A stretch of DNA of 64,000 bases, taken from positions 84,320,001 through 84,384,000 of the forward strand of contig OX597827.1 in NCBI GenBank assembly GCA_951406725.2, in the 5' to 3' direction. Below are positions 11,640-24,717 of this stretch, one piece after another (positions within the stretch are counted from its first letter, which is position 1; every line of letters starts with the position of its first letter). The position numbers and the translations under genes were made by a program. The notes beneath the pieces are model-generated. The model saw only the letters and a program-made list of their open reading frames with translations, searched no databases and was not told where the DNA came from. The DNA comes from Octopus vulgaris (lineage: Eukaryota).

Positions 11640-12330
11640 CTATCCAATCCTTACCCAAACATCTGCTGAAGATGTCTACAGCCGACATCTCATTGGCTGA
11701 CGTCATCGTTCCCCGCCTCACCAACCATTCCAGAGATGTCTCCTTGCCGGACGCTGACAGATATCTTCCTTCGCTCACCTCGGCACCAACTGAAGCATGA
11801 CTCAGTAAACAACACCTCAACCGGGGTGAGGGAGCCCCCCCCCCCACCACCACTGGTTTATCGATTATTACAATGGAAATATATTTCCTTTGTGTTCAAC
11901 GTTTCAAGCAAGCCTAAATCCGGTGCCACGCCGCCAGTTCTGTCGCGTTTTAAGGTCAAACCCTCAAGTTAAGATTTACAATTTGAAAATAAAATAAGAT
12001 TTTCTGAAATGTCAATGTTTCGGATTGGAGTCGTTTATTTTGCAGATTTTACAATGACACAGCTTCTAGCAGCAGCTGCACCATACCCCCTCCCCCACTG
12101 CTGTCAACCCACCACCACCACCGACCTATGTTGGCAACAACAAAATGTCCCAACTGTTTCTTTTAAATTTCTGTTTCTGTCGATATCCGTCACCTCACGA
12201 CATTCTTCTTCCATTTTAAATGGCGCCACACACACCGCAACCGCCGCCGCCCACACCTTTGACACTTCTTTCTTTTTACACCCGTAGAAATATTTACACA
12301 ACAGGAACCGCTGATGACTTCCGGTATGTA
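11640..12330. promoter_or_regulatory. Candidate promoter/enhancer motif cluster
   Basis: CCAAT 11644, ATTGG 11692, CRE TGACGTCA 11698-11705, GC box CCCCGCC 11711, AP-1 TGACTCA 11798-11804, YY1-like AAATGGCG ~12218 and ETS ACTTCCGG 12317, all in non-repetitive CpG-containing DNA. Confidence 0.4.
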
Positions 12331-12869
12331 TAAGCATAGAATTAGATGTATGTATGTATGTATGTATGTATGTATGTATGTATGTATGTATGTATGTATG
12401 TATGTATGTATGTATGTATGTATGTATGTGTGTATGTATGTATGTATGTATGTATGTATGTATCTAGTGACGGAAGAAGAGTTAGGTGTGTGTACAGGGG
12501 AGGGGGAGGTATTTCCTGTTGTTAAATCAATATTGAACCCATGTAACTAAACAAAAACGTTTAGAAACTCAAGACAGGTCCCCACCCACCAAAGATGGAA
12601 GTGAACCCTATACAGAGTACCAAAGTTATTTTGTAAGACGTTGGGAGCGGTATAGACAGTTTTGGACGTAACTTAACCCCAGAATATCACTGGTACTTTA
12701 TCAGCTGTATTTCGATATATCTGAGATATCACCAACTTCCAAGATAACAGTAGCAGAGGTAAAAAAAATATCTTTAGTGGAATTGAAACTGAGTGAGAGA
12801 CATAGATTACGGAGAGAGTTCTATCTCCAGTCTATATCGCCTTTCTCTAAAGGGAGTGAGTCTTTACAC

Positions 12870-13045
12870 GGTCTTGTGACTTGCTAGAAATAGCAGCCAT
12901 ATCACACCCTACTGCATTGGAAGAGAACACCTATGTTCTTATGTACACACACATCGGAGAAAAAGGATGGCCACGGATGAAACGTTTTTGATCGTCGGCC
13001 GTCGTTTACTCAATCGAATTCAACTTGGGGCTAAAGAACAACAGT
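12870..13045 (+). mobile_element. Old repeat family C (SINE-like, ends ggggctaaacaacaac)
   Basis: Shared blocks gctagaaatagcagcc...ggatggtcacgg.tggaatg.ctttgatcatagg...ctggggctaaac(aac)n. Related copies at about 20738-20915(-), 30881-31055(-), 44145-44223(+), 48440-48535(-), 52735-52925(+), 60955-61110(+) and 63860-63975(-). Confidence 0.65.
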
Positions 13046-13360
13046 GAATACCAAATCATTAATAGAACATTTCATCTTTGTGAAGGTATTTCATCATTGT
13101 TAAGTATAAGTCAACACATATTGCAATTATATATCATAAACACAGGTATCATCCGTCTGTCTGTCAGTTTGCCTGCCTGCCTGTAATTTATTAAACAGTT
13201 ATTTACAGTATTCTTTCCTGGACCTTCGCGCGTTCGACCGCACACTGTTAGACATGCATCCTGGTGCCACTGTCGGCACAGATTCATCAGGGCCCATTAT
13301 TTACTGTCATTCGAAATGATGGAGCTGAGTGAATAGTGTTTTTTAGGAGGTGTGTGTGTG

Positions 13361-13410
<50 letters not shown>

Positions 13411-13428
13411 TGAATGTGTGTGTGTGAA

Positions 13429-13757
13429 AGCGCATGGCTCAGTGGTTAGAGTCTTGAGCTTACGATCGCGAGATTGTGAGTTCGAATCCCGGACCGGGCT
13501 GCGTGTTGTGTTCTTGAGCAAGACACTTTATTTCATGTTGCTCCAGTTCACTCAGCTGTAGAAATGAGTTGCGACGTCTCTGGTGCCAAGCTGTATCTGC
13601 TGTTGCCTTTCCCTTGGATAACACTGATGGCGTGGAGAGGGGAGGCCGGTATGCATGGACGACTGCTGGTCTTCCATAAACAACCTTGCCCGGACTTGTG
13701 CCTGGGAGGGCAACTTTCTAAGTGTAATCCCACGGTCAGTCATGACCGACCGAAGGG
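13429..13757 (+). mobile_element. tRNA-derived SINE with CORE-like central domain
   Basis: A box tggctcagtggttaga, B box gagttcgaatccc, then gtgttcttgagcaagacactt. Diverged relatives at ~45735-45890 and ~56420-56585. Confidence 0.85.
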
Positions 13758-13776
13758 GGGGGGGTCTCAATCTCTC

Positions 13777-14155
13777 TCTATATATAAAACTGAGAATGTC
13801 TGTCTGTCTGTCTGTTTCCCTAAAACTTAGAACTACACAACCAATTTCATTCATATTTTACACATGCCTTACTTAGGGTCCATGTAGATTCATGGGCAAA
13901 AACAAAGTTCAACTTCTTGCCTAGGGCGAGCCCATAGCAATATCATATATTCTCCACTATTTCAGTATTACGTGTTAAAAGTGAAACAAAGACATTTCTC
14001 TATTTTATGTCAGATACTTTCACTTTAACAATAAAAATAATAATAACAATTGAATTATATGTAGTAAGTAATAATTAAAATCAAACTAAAGTATAATATA
14101 ATCGTAACATAACAAAAGTAAAAATAGCAAATGGTATAAAATTGCATCAATGACT
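13777..14155 (+). mobile_element. Non-autonomous Helitron-like 5' portion
   Basis: Starts TCTATATATAAAActgagaatgtctgtctgtctg, the typical TC-start plus (TCTG)n layout. No CTAG 3' end is seen before the LINE junction. Confidence 0.5.
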
Positions 14156-14159
14156 TGAA

Positions 14160-16400
14160 CTTTCTCCAGAAGGAAGGGAGTATGGGAGTTTCAGAGCGTC
14201 CTTCCTTCCAAAGTGGATCAGTTCGAATGTTGTTCTTTTCCGCCCATTGGAGAACAGCCAGTAGGTCTGACTGAAGGCTTATTCGCTCATCCACGCCATT
14301 GATGACCTTCTGGAGCTTGGAATCATCAACGAAGATTCTGATGTTACTGTGTTTGATGGGGTCAGCAATATCATTAATGTAGATGACGAAGAGAAGTGGG
14401 CCCAACACAGTGCCTTGTGGGATACCACTACAGACTTTGACTGAGCTGGAGTTGACTCCTTCGACTACAACATGTTGGGTTCTGTTAGACAGGAAGCACT
14501 TGATCCACTGTAGCAGCTTTCCAGTGACACCAATATTGGACAGCTTTCTCAAAAGAATCTTATGATCAACCCTGTCAAAAGCCTTGCTGAAATCAAGATA
14601 GATGACATCAGTGTTGGAACCCTCTCCCAAGGCTCTCAAAATGCCATAAAAATGATGTAGTAGCTGCGTCAGGCAATCCCTTCCATTACGGAATCCATAC
14701 TGGTTGGAGTTCAGCATATTATGACTCTCAAGGAAGGGAGTCATACGCGATCTCAGCACTCTCTCAAATACCTTAATGATATGAGAGGTGAGTGAGATTG
14801 GACGGTAATTCACGGCAAGCGATTTGTTTCCTTTTTTGAAAACTGGGACAACAGACTGGGATAGAAGGTCATCTGGTATATATCCAGCATCCAGTGAGTT
14901 CCGCCACAGATTGGCTAGAGGGGGTGCAAGTTGGTGTTGACACATCTTCAAGACACAAGCAGGGAACCTATCGGGACCTACTGCTGAATTATGCTCCATT
15001 TCCTTTATTGCTGCTAAGACATCAGGAGCGCCAAAGGTTATGTCCGATAAAGTGCATTAAGGAGTAACATCACAGATACAGCCCAGATCAGTCATATCAG
15101 GATTGCTGAAAACAGAGCAGTATTGTTTCTGCAATATCTCTCCCATGGTTTTGGCATTGTCTTGAAGAGTAGCATTTTCATCAATCAGAGGGCCAACAGT
15201 AGAACCAGTGATTCTGTGTTTTTTTGCAAATGAAAAGAACACTTTGGGATTGAGTTTGATCTTCTCAATAGCCCAGGCCTCTTCAGCTCTTCGCTGACTA
15301 TTGATGATAAACATCATGTTGTTTTGGAGGTTATGTTTTTTAATCTCTAGCGACGAGATGGCAGTCAGGTTGGTGTGTTGCTGTTGACAGTATTTCAGCT
15401 GGTTGATTTTTTTGTTAATTCTTTTAATTTTCCTGATGAGAGTTTTTCTATTTCTAGGGATTCGACACTTAGATTTGTGTGTTTTGGGGTGTGTTTTGCA
15501 CATATATTCGTAATGGTGTCTACAAATGACTGCCAGGACTTTTTGATGTTTTTGATGTTAGTGGGTGTGTATGTATGCGTGAAGGACCAATCGACTTGTG
15601 CAAGATCATTACCGATCGCTTCCCAGTTTGCATTGTGGAAATCCATAGTGTCAAATGGATGAACAAGAGGGATGACATTTGTTTTGCATTTTGGCCGGTG
15701 AAATCTCAGATCACAGAGAACCATTGTCATGATCAGAGAGTAGAGTTTTCTCCACTGCAATATGGTGGATAGTGTCAGTGTGATTGCTGAAAATTAAGTC
15801 TAGGACGTTTTTGTGACATCTCGTTGGTTCGAGCACCAGTTGGGACAGGAAGAAATCATCCACGAAGTCAAGAAGCGATTCCACTGCCTCCCTGTCAGGG
15901 GTTGAGAGAGAAGAACCTGGCGGCAGACTGTTTGTAGACCAGTCAACCCCGGGAAGGTTGAAGTCTTCCATCATTAAGATGTTGTCAGGTTGACACTGCT
16001 GAATGAAACACTTTATGCTGTTGAGGCATTCCTTGAAGCATGGTAGGGGCGTTTGGGGTGGTCTGTAGAGCCCAACTACTGTTAAGTTGTTGGTTTGACT
16101 GAATACAGCGACTGCTTCGCAGTATCTATTGGAAAACATGTTTATAGCCTCTGTTGAGAATGAATCATGAACATAAAAGGCAGTCCCACGAATGGCTTTG
16201 AAATTTTTAACTTTCACCTCGGCTTCCAAGTGGAGGTTACTAAGATGGGTTCCAGTGAGGCCGAAGAAAGGGATGTGGTTTGGATGGGCATCGACCCGGT
16301 CCTCCAGGAATTTTATCTTCCATTTTTGAGTATTGAAGGAAGGGCTGATGCCTTGGGCATTAAGCAAAAATGTTGAGGTGAGAGTGGATGGTTTTGTTTT
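14160..16400 (-). mobile_element. CR1-clade LINE ORF2 pseudogene (APE endonuclease + reverse transcriptase), 3'-truncated
   Basis: EN 15711-16367 (LNAQG, GLYRPP, MEDFNLP, NVLDLIF, SDH); linker ORFs 15395-15760 and 15057-15503; RT 14055-14999 (NYRPISLTS, QYGFR, YLDFSKAFDRVDH, SGIPQGTVLGPLLF, FVDD). Two frameshifts and an in-frame stop at 15057-15059; homology ends after FELIHFG...LPSGE near 14160. Confidence 0.95.
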
Positions 16401-16622
16401 GGTATTTTGTTTATTTGATTGCTTTTTAATGGCATGTGCAGTGGGGTGATAGTGGTGGATGGTGGTAGGTGATAGCTCGGATGTTTTTTTCCAGTTCTTT
16501 TGCTAGATTCATTATAGCTATAAAAGAGGAAGAAGTTTCCTGTCTAGGGAACTGTAGGTGACTGTGGTTGTGGTTATTTCTATGTGAGTCGTATATATAG
16601 ATATAGATATATATAGATAAAT

Positions 16623-16683
<61 letters not shown>

Positions 16684-16770
16684 ATCCAAACAAGAAAGCA
16701 CAAAAAAACACAACAAAGCGAGGACGTGAAACAAATATAGTATTATTGGACGCTCGGGAAAGAAGGAGAG

Positions 16771-16835
<65 letters not shown>

Positions 16836-16836
<1 letters not shown>

Positions 16837-18366
16837 TTTATTTTAAGCAGCAGAAAATTCAACAAAATCTGTTACTCTGAGTTTCTCGTTGCCGTTCATC
16901 AGACAGTTTTTGTTAGAATGGAACTGATATATCAATTCAATCTATACTCTTACAAACGCTACACCTTTAAAAAGAAATGGACTTGTTTGATTGGCCCTTT
17001 AGAAAAAACGGTCAATCTTCGAGCGATAAACAAAAAGGTCAAAGATATATGTATATATATATAAAAAACTTTTAAAAATTATATATAAAAACTTATAAAA
17101 ATTATAAAATCCGAGGAAAAACCATTGACGTTAATGAAGACAGTGCAAATTAATGCATAGAAATTAAACCTGTTATAAATACTGCAATACATATTTATAT
17201 TAAAATCTACATATATATATCAACATACACAAAAGGATGCGCGTAAACGCCATACATACATATACAGACGTATGAATATGAATCTAAATATACACATAAA
17301 AGCATGTGTACATATATTCACGCAAACCGTCTCGCACGCAAGCTAAAATTCATCTATGTAGCAATTCTCATATACTGGGCAAGGAGGGGGAACGAAAGAA
17401 AGGGAGAGAGAGAAAAAAGAAACGAAGGAGGGGTGGGGAAAAAAACGAAATAAGCAGTGTAACGATGTTATTGGCATCTATAGAGGCCAGTATACATACA
17501 CAAGTTTGAATGGATACATATACATACCGTCGTGTATATGTGCGCTTAAGCACAAACATACTTTCACTTACACATACACAGATACGCATGCTTACAAATA
17601 CATATGCTTTGCTATACACATACTTATATAAACATTCTAATTTTGACAACATTGCTTTTTTTAACAAACATTGCTTTTAAAAATGGGTGCATTAATAAAA
17701 ATATATACGAAAGACATATAAAATAAAATATAACATCCTATTTTGGGTCATTTATAAATAATCAAGGTAATATAAATAATCAAGGTAATCCTATGCAATA
17801 CAATAACATGAAAACAAAGTTTGTAGGTTTTTCCTAATATATATGTAGAAACATAAGACTTTGCTATACGGATTAAGATCCACGTAGCTTGGAAACAGAA
17901 TCCAAATTCATCGTAGCGCTCAAGAGTCAAAATCAAAATCAAAAATCAAAAATACAAAATATATACTCTATCCATATGGTATATTTATATTCGACATTTT
18001 AAATTTAGCCGCGTGCCTACATAAGTTCATTAACTCACTTCTTTGATTCAAAGAATTATTGTCTTTGAATAAGATATACATTTTCTCTAATAAACAAAGT
18101 CTGCACTTGAAATTATTTTTGTAAGCTCCATGCCTGTATGGTGCCGCCCTGTCCAGAATGCTCCATGTCACGTTGAAAGGTGGGGCTTCCTTTTCTTTTA
18201 GTTCCCAGACATATTTTGCTAGGCTGGTTTTCTTCCTATTCTCTAGGTATTTAAATGAATTTTTATGAGAATAAAGAGTTAATGAACTTATGTAGGCACG
18301 CGGCTAAATTTAAAATGTCGAATATAAATATACCATATGGATAGAGTATTTATTTTGTATTTTTGA
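16836..18366 (-). mobile_element. 5'-truncated Penelope-like element (GIY-YIG C-terminus, 3' UTR, inverted partial pLTR)
   Basis: 17968-18270 reads SFKYLENRKKTSLAKYVWELKEKE..VTWSILDRAAPY..CRLCLLEKMYIL..LNQRSELMNLCRHAAKF. 18276-18366 is an inverted copy of 17946-18036. A hammerhead lies downstream on the same strand; continuity between the two parts is inferred. Confidence 0.8.
16869..16906 (-). ncRNA. Minimal type I hammerhead ribozyme in a Penelope 3' region
   Basis: Minus strand: ctgt CTGATGA a-cg-GCAA-cg-a GAAA ctc-a-gag TA acag. Stem I extends via aacaaaa/ttttgtt; GUA cleavage triplet. Confidence 0.8.
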
Positions 18367-18521
18367 AGAGGGAAGAGGGTATTTTCAAGGTAAAGGAAAG
18401 ATGGAGACGTATTGTGCAACGAAATGGTTCAGATTTGGTTCATTAAAAATGTAATGGCAAGTATTTAGTGACCTTTACTTTCCTTTAAAAATCGGAACGA
18501 ACTTTCCGGACAACCCAATAT
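18367..18521 (+). mobile_element. mariner 3' end with terminal inverted repeat
   Basis: EEGIFKVKERWRRIVQRNGSDLVH* is followed by aaaatcggaacgaactttccggacaacccaata, the reverse complement of a TATTGGGTTG-type mariner TIR. Confidence 0.8.
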
Positions 18522-18599
18522 AAATATAACAATGAAATACGAATATAAACATGAAAAATAAAAACCTAAATTGAAAGAGGCGATTAAAATTTTTTTCCT

Positions 18600-18667
18600 A
18601 ACCTGCAGCCGTTTCAGAAAAGTGGTTGTACGAAGTATTCGAAATTCAGCCCTCCTTCCTCAGGGTT
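18600..18667 (-). ncRNA. Degenerate hammerhead ribozyme motif
   Basis: Minus strand: aacc CTGAGGA aggaggg...cttttct GAAA cggctg CA ggtt. The conserved U16.1 is replaced by C. Confidence 0.4.
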
Positions 18668-19330
18668 CCTTTCTCGAGGTAAAATCCAGCAAAAAGCATT
18701 AAGACACTACATGGTGAGTATTCAGTTGGTGAAAGTTCAGTTTTTTAGTATCGATGAATAAGTGACTGGAATCTTTATTATAGGCACAATGACCCGAATG
18801 AAATTCATTGAAAGGTTAACTTTAGTTAATCATGCAAATAATAGCCAATTGGAATATTCCATTCTCTACTATAAAAAAATAATTTAAGATTACAGGTTTG
18901 TGCATAAGTGTTCATTGTGTCTAATGATCTAATTGGACCGCATTTTCAAAAAGCTTTTATATTCTAAAAAATTATATTTTAAAGTTTAAGAAAATTATAA
19001 GACGCTAAATATTTATGCTTACAACATACTAAAATGTCTGTAATATTTTATATAGGGGTGAATAAATGAATTATATATTATATATATATATATTTAGTCA
19101 AGTTGAGGATGTAATGTCCTCCTTGGGGATTATAAAATCCAGAGATCCACTGATATTAGCGCTAATATATTGGGAGAATTTTCTCAATATATTCGGATAA
19201 ACAGTCTAATTTACATTTTATATTAATATAAAAAACGGTGAGTTAATTATGAATGCTTATTTTATTTGTATCATGTGAAACAATAAAATATAGCAAATAA
19301 GTGAATACAAATAAAATTTAAAGGAACACA

Positions 19331-19417
<87 letters not shown>

Positions 19418-19881
19418 ATTAGTTCGAGCGATGCATTAAGAATCGAGGCACATCAACGTGTAAGACGCCACCAATTGGCTAGATAGGATGACACATAGCA
19501 GACAGTGAAATAATCCATCATCATAGGCATCAATCATACCGATTGGATACTGTTGTTAGGTAATTCTCAATTCCAATTATTTACTAATGATCCAGTTCCT
19601 CAGTGACTCGTTGGTGCAGCATATGTATAACAGATGAAAAGCAGTTTAAATTCGCTAATTTAAACTGCCATTCGTCTGTTCTCTAAGCCTGTTTCTCCAT
19701 GAATAGATCTGCTGTTGGGTTTGATTGATGTGTAACCTACTTCAATTAACTCCTCCACGTAACCCAGTTCAATTCACTCTTTCTAATGTGACTGAGCAAT
19801 GTACAGACCGTTGCCTCTTTCACATAACACTGTGACACTTTGTGTATGTAATAAGATCGGGCTTTTTGAATTGTAGGTACA

Positions 19882-19918
<37 letters not shown>

Positions 19919-20175
19919 CACAATGGATGCAACTACTATACAAGCCCATTCATAACTTTTCTTTTTAAAAGTTAACTTTGAGCAATTCATCTCATTATTG
20001 TGAAACGTAAATAAAGACAGATTTTAAAATTCAGCTGGTTATCTGGCGATCAGCTAAGATTTATATTACCTACACGACGAGGGTCAACTTTAAAATGTTT
20101 GGATGTATTTGGGCTGTGGCAACAGGTCGAAAATAATTCAGATTTTTTTCTTAATTGGGACATGTTTTATATGGG

Positions 20176-20514
20176 CCATAGGTTCTTAAAGTGGGTACTA
20201 CCGCCCCCCCCCCCGATAGGCTTTGAGGCTGTCCAGGAGGGGGCTGGTGCCTCAGAAGGCGGAGGAGCTGGGATGGTAGAGAAAAAGGACGCGTGGGAGA
20301 AAGGTATTGGATTGGGGACGCTATGAATTTATAATAACATTATTATAATATTATATACAAATTATATAATATATTAAATTTCAAATGATTGATAGTATAT
20401 ATAAATTGGTAGAATATAAAATATTTATTTATACATAAAAATAGGGGTGGGGTCGTTGAGTGTGTTATGTGGTCATGAGGGGGGCAGTGGCCCCAAAAGT
20501 TTGAGAACCTCTGG
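20176..20514. mobile_element. hAT-type MITE
   Basis: Inverted termini ccataggttcttaaa...taccgccccc / gggggcagtgg...tttgagaacctctgg around an AT-rich interior. Confidence 0.65.
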
Positions 20515-21181
20515 GATATCCGATGATGTTGAATTTTTTTTCTCGATGATACAGAGGATACAGTATTCTGATGTCTTACGAAACAATGCTAGACTTGGTC
20601 GAATTGATCAGATGATGTTCATAAATCATCCGACATTCCACATACATTTCGGTGATGTTTCAGAAATAGTAACGGTGTTGGTGGTGCAGACCATTTCTTG
20701 AAAACAAGGTCCCGCCGTAAACTTTAATTGCTTAAGATGTTATTTAGCCCCAGGTCAGTCCTGAACAAACAGGCCGATGATCAATGACATTCCACAAGTA
20801 GGCACACTCCAGTCATATCAAGCGTTGTATTATTGCAACATGTCAATCATTCTAAGACAGCAGGGTAAATAATTTAGGAAGATTTGGTTGCCATTTCTAG
20901 GAGGTCGAGTAATCACATAGATTCGTACGTATTCTCCTGTTGATGTTCTAAAGTGTGTTGTGTCATATAAATTCCCTGTTAGTAGTGAAGAGAGAAACTT
21001 GTTGTTCGGAGAGGAAAACCCGCTGAGCTTTCAATTGTTACCCCACTGAGGGCCTGATAAACGATAATGGACCGACGCTTTTGATGTCCGGGCTTCATGT
21101 GTATAGTTTCATTACGCTGGATAGAGGGATGCGTCATACATACAGATATTTACATACTTACACACACACACGCACACACAG

Positions 21182-21238
<57 letters not shown>

Positions 21239-21354
21239 CATATATACTTTTTCACACATGTGCATACATACACACACATGCGTACATGTACATCCATATA
21301 TATATATATATGCATACATATCCATACAAGTATATATACAGGCATAAAAATATG

Positions 21355-21398
<44 letters not shown>

Positions 21399-21657
21399 GC
21401 ATATATTATGTATATATATATATATATACATATATTATGTATATATATATATACATATTGGATATAAGTATAAATATACAATGTATATTCCTGCATACAT
21501 ACTACATACATAAAAGCATAAATGTATACGATACATATGGTCATGTATATATATATATATATATTTATTTATTTATTTATATTTATATATAGGCATACAT
21601 ACACACATATATGTGTATTTAGATATGTGCACACATACGTATATATAAATATGCCTG

Positions 21658-21721
<64 letters not shown>

Positions 21722-22906
21722 ACATGTGTACACACACACAATGTCCGCCTTCATATTCCGCATCAATAGATCGAACCACCTGTAGAGGAAAAAATTAGAT
21801 TGAAAGATGTCGACATTTCCAAATGAAGTGATTGGTGTGTGGGTGTGCACGTGTTTGCACGGGAGTATGTGTATTGACTGAGAGAATACGCATATGTGTG
21901 TGAGTGTGAGTGTGTGTGTGTGTGTGTGTGGGGGTCTGGAACTGGGTATATACATAAATATATTTCCTATTTGAAAACATTCACTTTACTAGATTTTGTT
22001 CTTCATAAATACAATCGTATGCAACGAGTGTGTATGTACGTATATATCTGAACATATACATGTGTGTATATAAGCATGAATGCTTGCATTTGCTTCTCTC
22101 TGCCTATCGTGTCTTTGCGTGGCAACTGTCTCCAACGGGTGTTAGTTTGTTTACGTCCCAGTAACTTACTGATTCATAAAATGACTAAAACATAGATATG
22201 GGAAAAAGTACTTCAGTCGATTTCAGGATGAAAATCCATCAGAGGTGCTCCAACATGGTCGGAGTCCACTGAAAGCAGTAAGAGTAAATGTGTGTGTGTG
22301 TATCTATATCTACCTACTATGTGTCTATGCACACACACACACACATACGCGCACGCGCAGATACACACACACACACACATATACACTCTCTCTCTCACAC
22401 TGTTTCTCTCTATGTGTGTTTATGTTAAAAGTTTGTGTGAAACTCCTGATCCTCTGGCGATATGAAAATCTGTTTCGCGACTCAAACAACTTTGAATAAT
22501 ACATGTGTGTGTGTGTGTGTGTAGGTATGGATATTTGAATACAGAGGTATCTACCTACATTTCAATACATTCCTGTATGCGCGCGCACATGCAGTGGAGA
22601 GAATGGGAAGTTCAAATCTCATTCGTGTTTCTGTGCATGATGTTAGCTTCATGAGTATATGTCTCTTTTGTATAGCAACATGCGTATATATATATATATA
22701 TATGTGTGTGTATGTGTGTGTGTGTGTGTGTTTGTGTATTTATGTATATATGGATATATATGCATCTACCTGTATATGTGTTTATATAAATATATGTATA
22801 CATGCGGACACACAAACACATCTTTGGGCTTTAAGAATATGCGTAAATTAGCTGCTGTGTGTGTGAGTGAATGAGAATGCGTGCGTGTGTGTATGTGCGT
22901 GCGTGC

Positions 22907-22948
<42 letters not shown>

Positions 22949-23120
22949 CAGTGTCGCGTGTGAAATCACTGCAACATCGATCTTTCCATAACAATTTCAC
23001 TAAAGATAATCAAATATCAATATTTATCGATTTCCAATAGAGATCAATTTACATGTAATTATTGGCCGATGACGTCACCGCTTGCGATATATTACACTCT
23101 GTGGATACTTGGGTGTATAG

Positions 23121-23151
<31 letters not shown>

Positions 23152-23239
23152 TTGGGCGCAAGAGGGGCCAATGAAACTGTGTGGACATGTAGCAGTAAAT
23201 TGCATTTTCTCTTCTATTGTAGATTGTGGTGGTGTCAAC

Positions 23240-23962
23240 AGTCGAGGCCCGCAAGGTGGCACTACTTTAAAGCACCTCCTCCATGTGATGGAAGGTAAGA
23301 TGGTACTTCTTCATCTCCCCCCCCCCCCGCACCAAGCAAGGGGGACTTGCTCAGAGCCTCATAGTTATGCCTCTTGTGTTTATTGTTGACGATGTTCACC
23401 CAGTGTGTGTGTGTGGTGGGGGTAGGGGGTAGGTGGTGGTTTCCGGATGTTTTCTGTGTTGTTGTATGTGGTGGTGGTGGTAGTAGCAGGGACTGTGGGC
23501 TTCATGGTTGTTATGGCAACAACCTCTGCTCCTCCCCTATCAGTAGGTTTACTTCAAAGTGCGCTGAGTTTGTTAAAGTTCACGATGGATCTCATGTAGT
23601 TTGGGGGTCTCTTGTTGTTGTTGCTGTTGTTGTTATTGTTATTGTTGTTAAGCAACAAGACGGGTCAGGGTGATTAGATGATGGTCTGGGGCTTAGGGGC
23701 GGGAGACTCCAGACCCTAGAAAAAAAAACCTTGGTCGTCTTGTAGTTGTCGAGGGCTCTTCGTTGACGCCCGACACCACTGGGAGGTGGCCCTCGAAGTC
23801 GTTGGAAATGGAGATCTCCAGGTCCAAATTCTTGAACGGCTGTTGTTGTTGTTGTTGCTGTTGGTCAAATGAGAGTCGAATGTCATAGAGACTCTTTGTT
23901 TCGGTCTTACACTCTTTCACTTTCTAAGTTGGACAAGTGTTGTAACTTCTAGTATCGTTGTC

Positions 23963-23993
<31 letters not shown>

Positions 23994-24667
23994 GTATACA
24001 ACTCCCAGTATTGTTCTTTACTTTGTATGTGTGTGTGTTTATGTTGTTGACTGTTATGTAGTTGCTTGTATTTGATGTCTGTTGTTGTTGTTGTTGTAGA
24101 CAATAGATTTGGTAGGTGTTACTTTCAATCTGTCTTTGTGGAACCAAAAATCTTCCAAGTGGTTTTTAAAAAGGGTCTTTGGAATGGTGTGAAGACGATT
24201 GTGTAATGTCTTCTGTGGAAGAGGCTGTGTGTTTTGTTTGAAGGAAGTATGTGAAAGTTGTGTAGATATTGGTTTAAAAGTATGTGTATGTGTGTGTGTG
24301 TAAGGAGAGAGAGAGAGAGAATGAATAATTCCCTGCAGTAATATTTCATAGTCCATAGACCCGGAGACTAACAGATATTTGCTGTACAGGTGCATTATGG
24401 GAGAATGGGGTAAAAAGTTTTGGAGATATCAATGGCAGTTACACAATGCATGATGACGTCAACAACATTAAGAAAACCTTCATGTTGTTGCTGTTGAAGT
24501 CCTCAGTTTGTATAGGTGTGTTTCGGGTCCGTTTCTCTTCAGCATGTCTTTTCCAGATAAACCTGATACGGTTATTTCTTTGGTGTTGGCTAAGTTATTT
24601 GAAAATGTTCATGTGACTTGAGGTGAGTTGTGTATCATCATCATCATCATCATCATCATCCTCATCC

Positions 24668-24717
<50 letters not shown>

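Noticed and set aside
13429-13500. tRNA gene (also 28565-28636 and 51664-51730)
   Set aside because: The A/B boxes run directly into SINE bodies, with no clean cloverleaf or terminator.
14055-14999. Intact or domesticated reverse transcriptase gene
   Set aside because: Upstream stop and frameshifts, a deletion after NNI and a missing C-terminus show a dead LINE copy.
20033-20056. Possible miRNA hairpin (agctggttatctggcgatcagct)
   Set aside because: The stem is only about 8 bp, and I recognised no conserved bilaterian miRNA in the window by eye.
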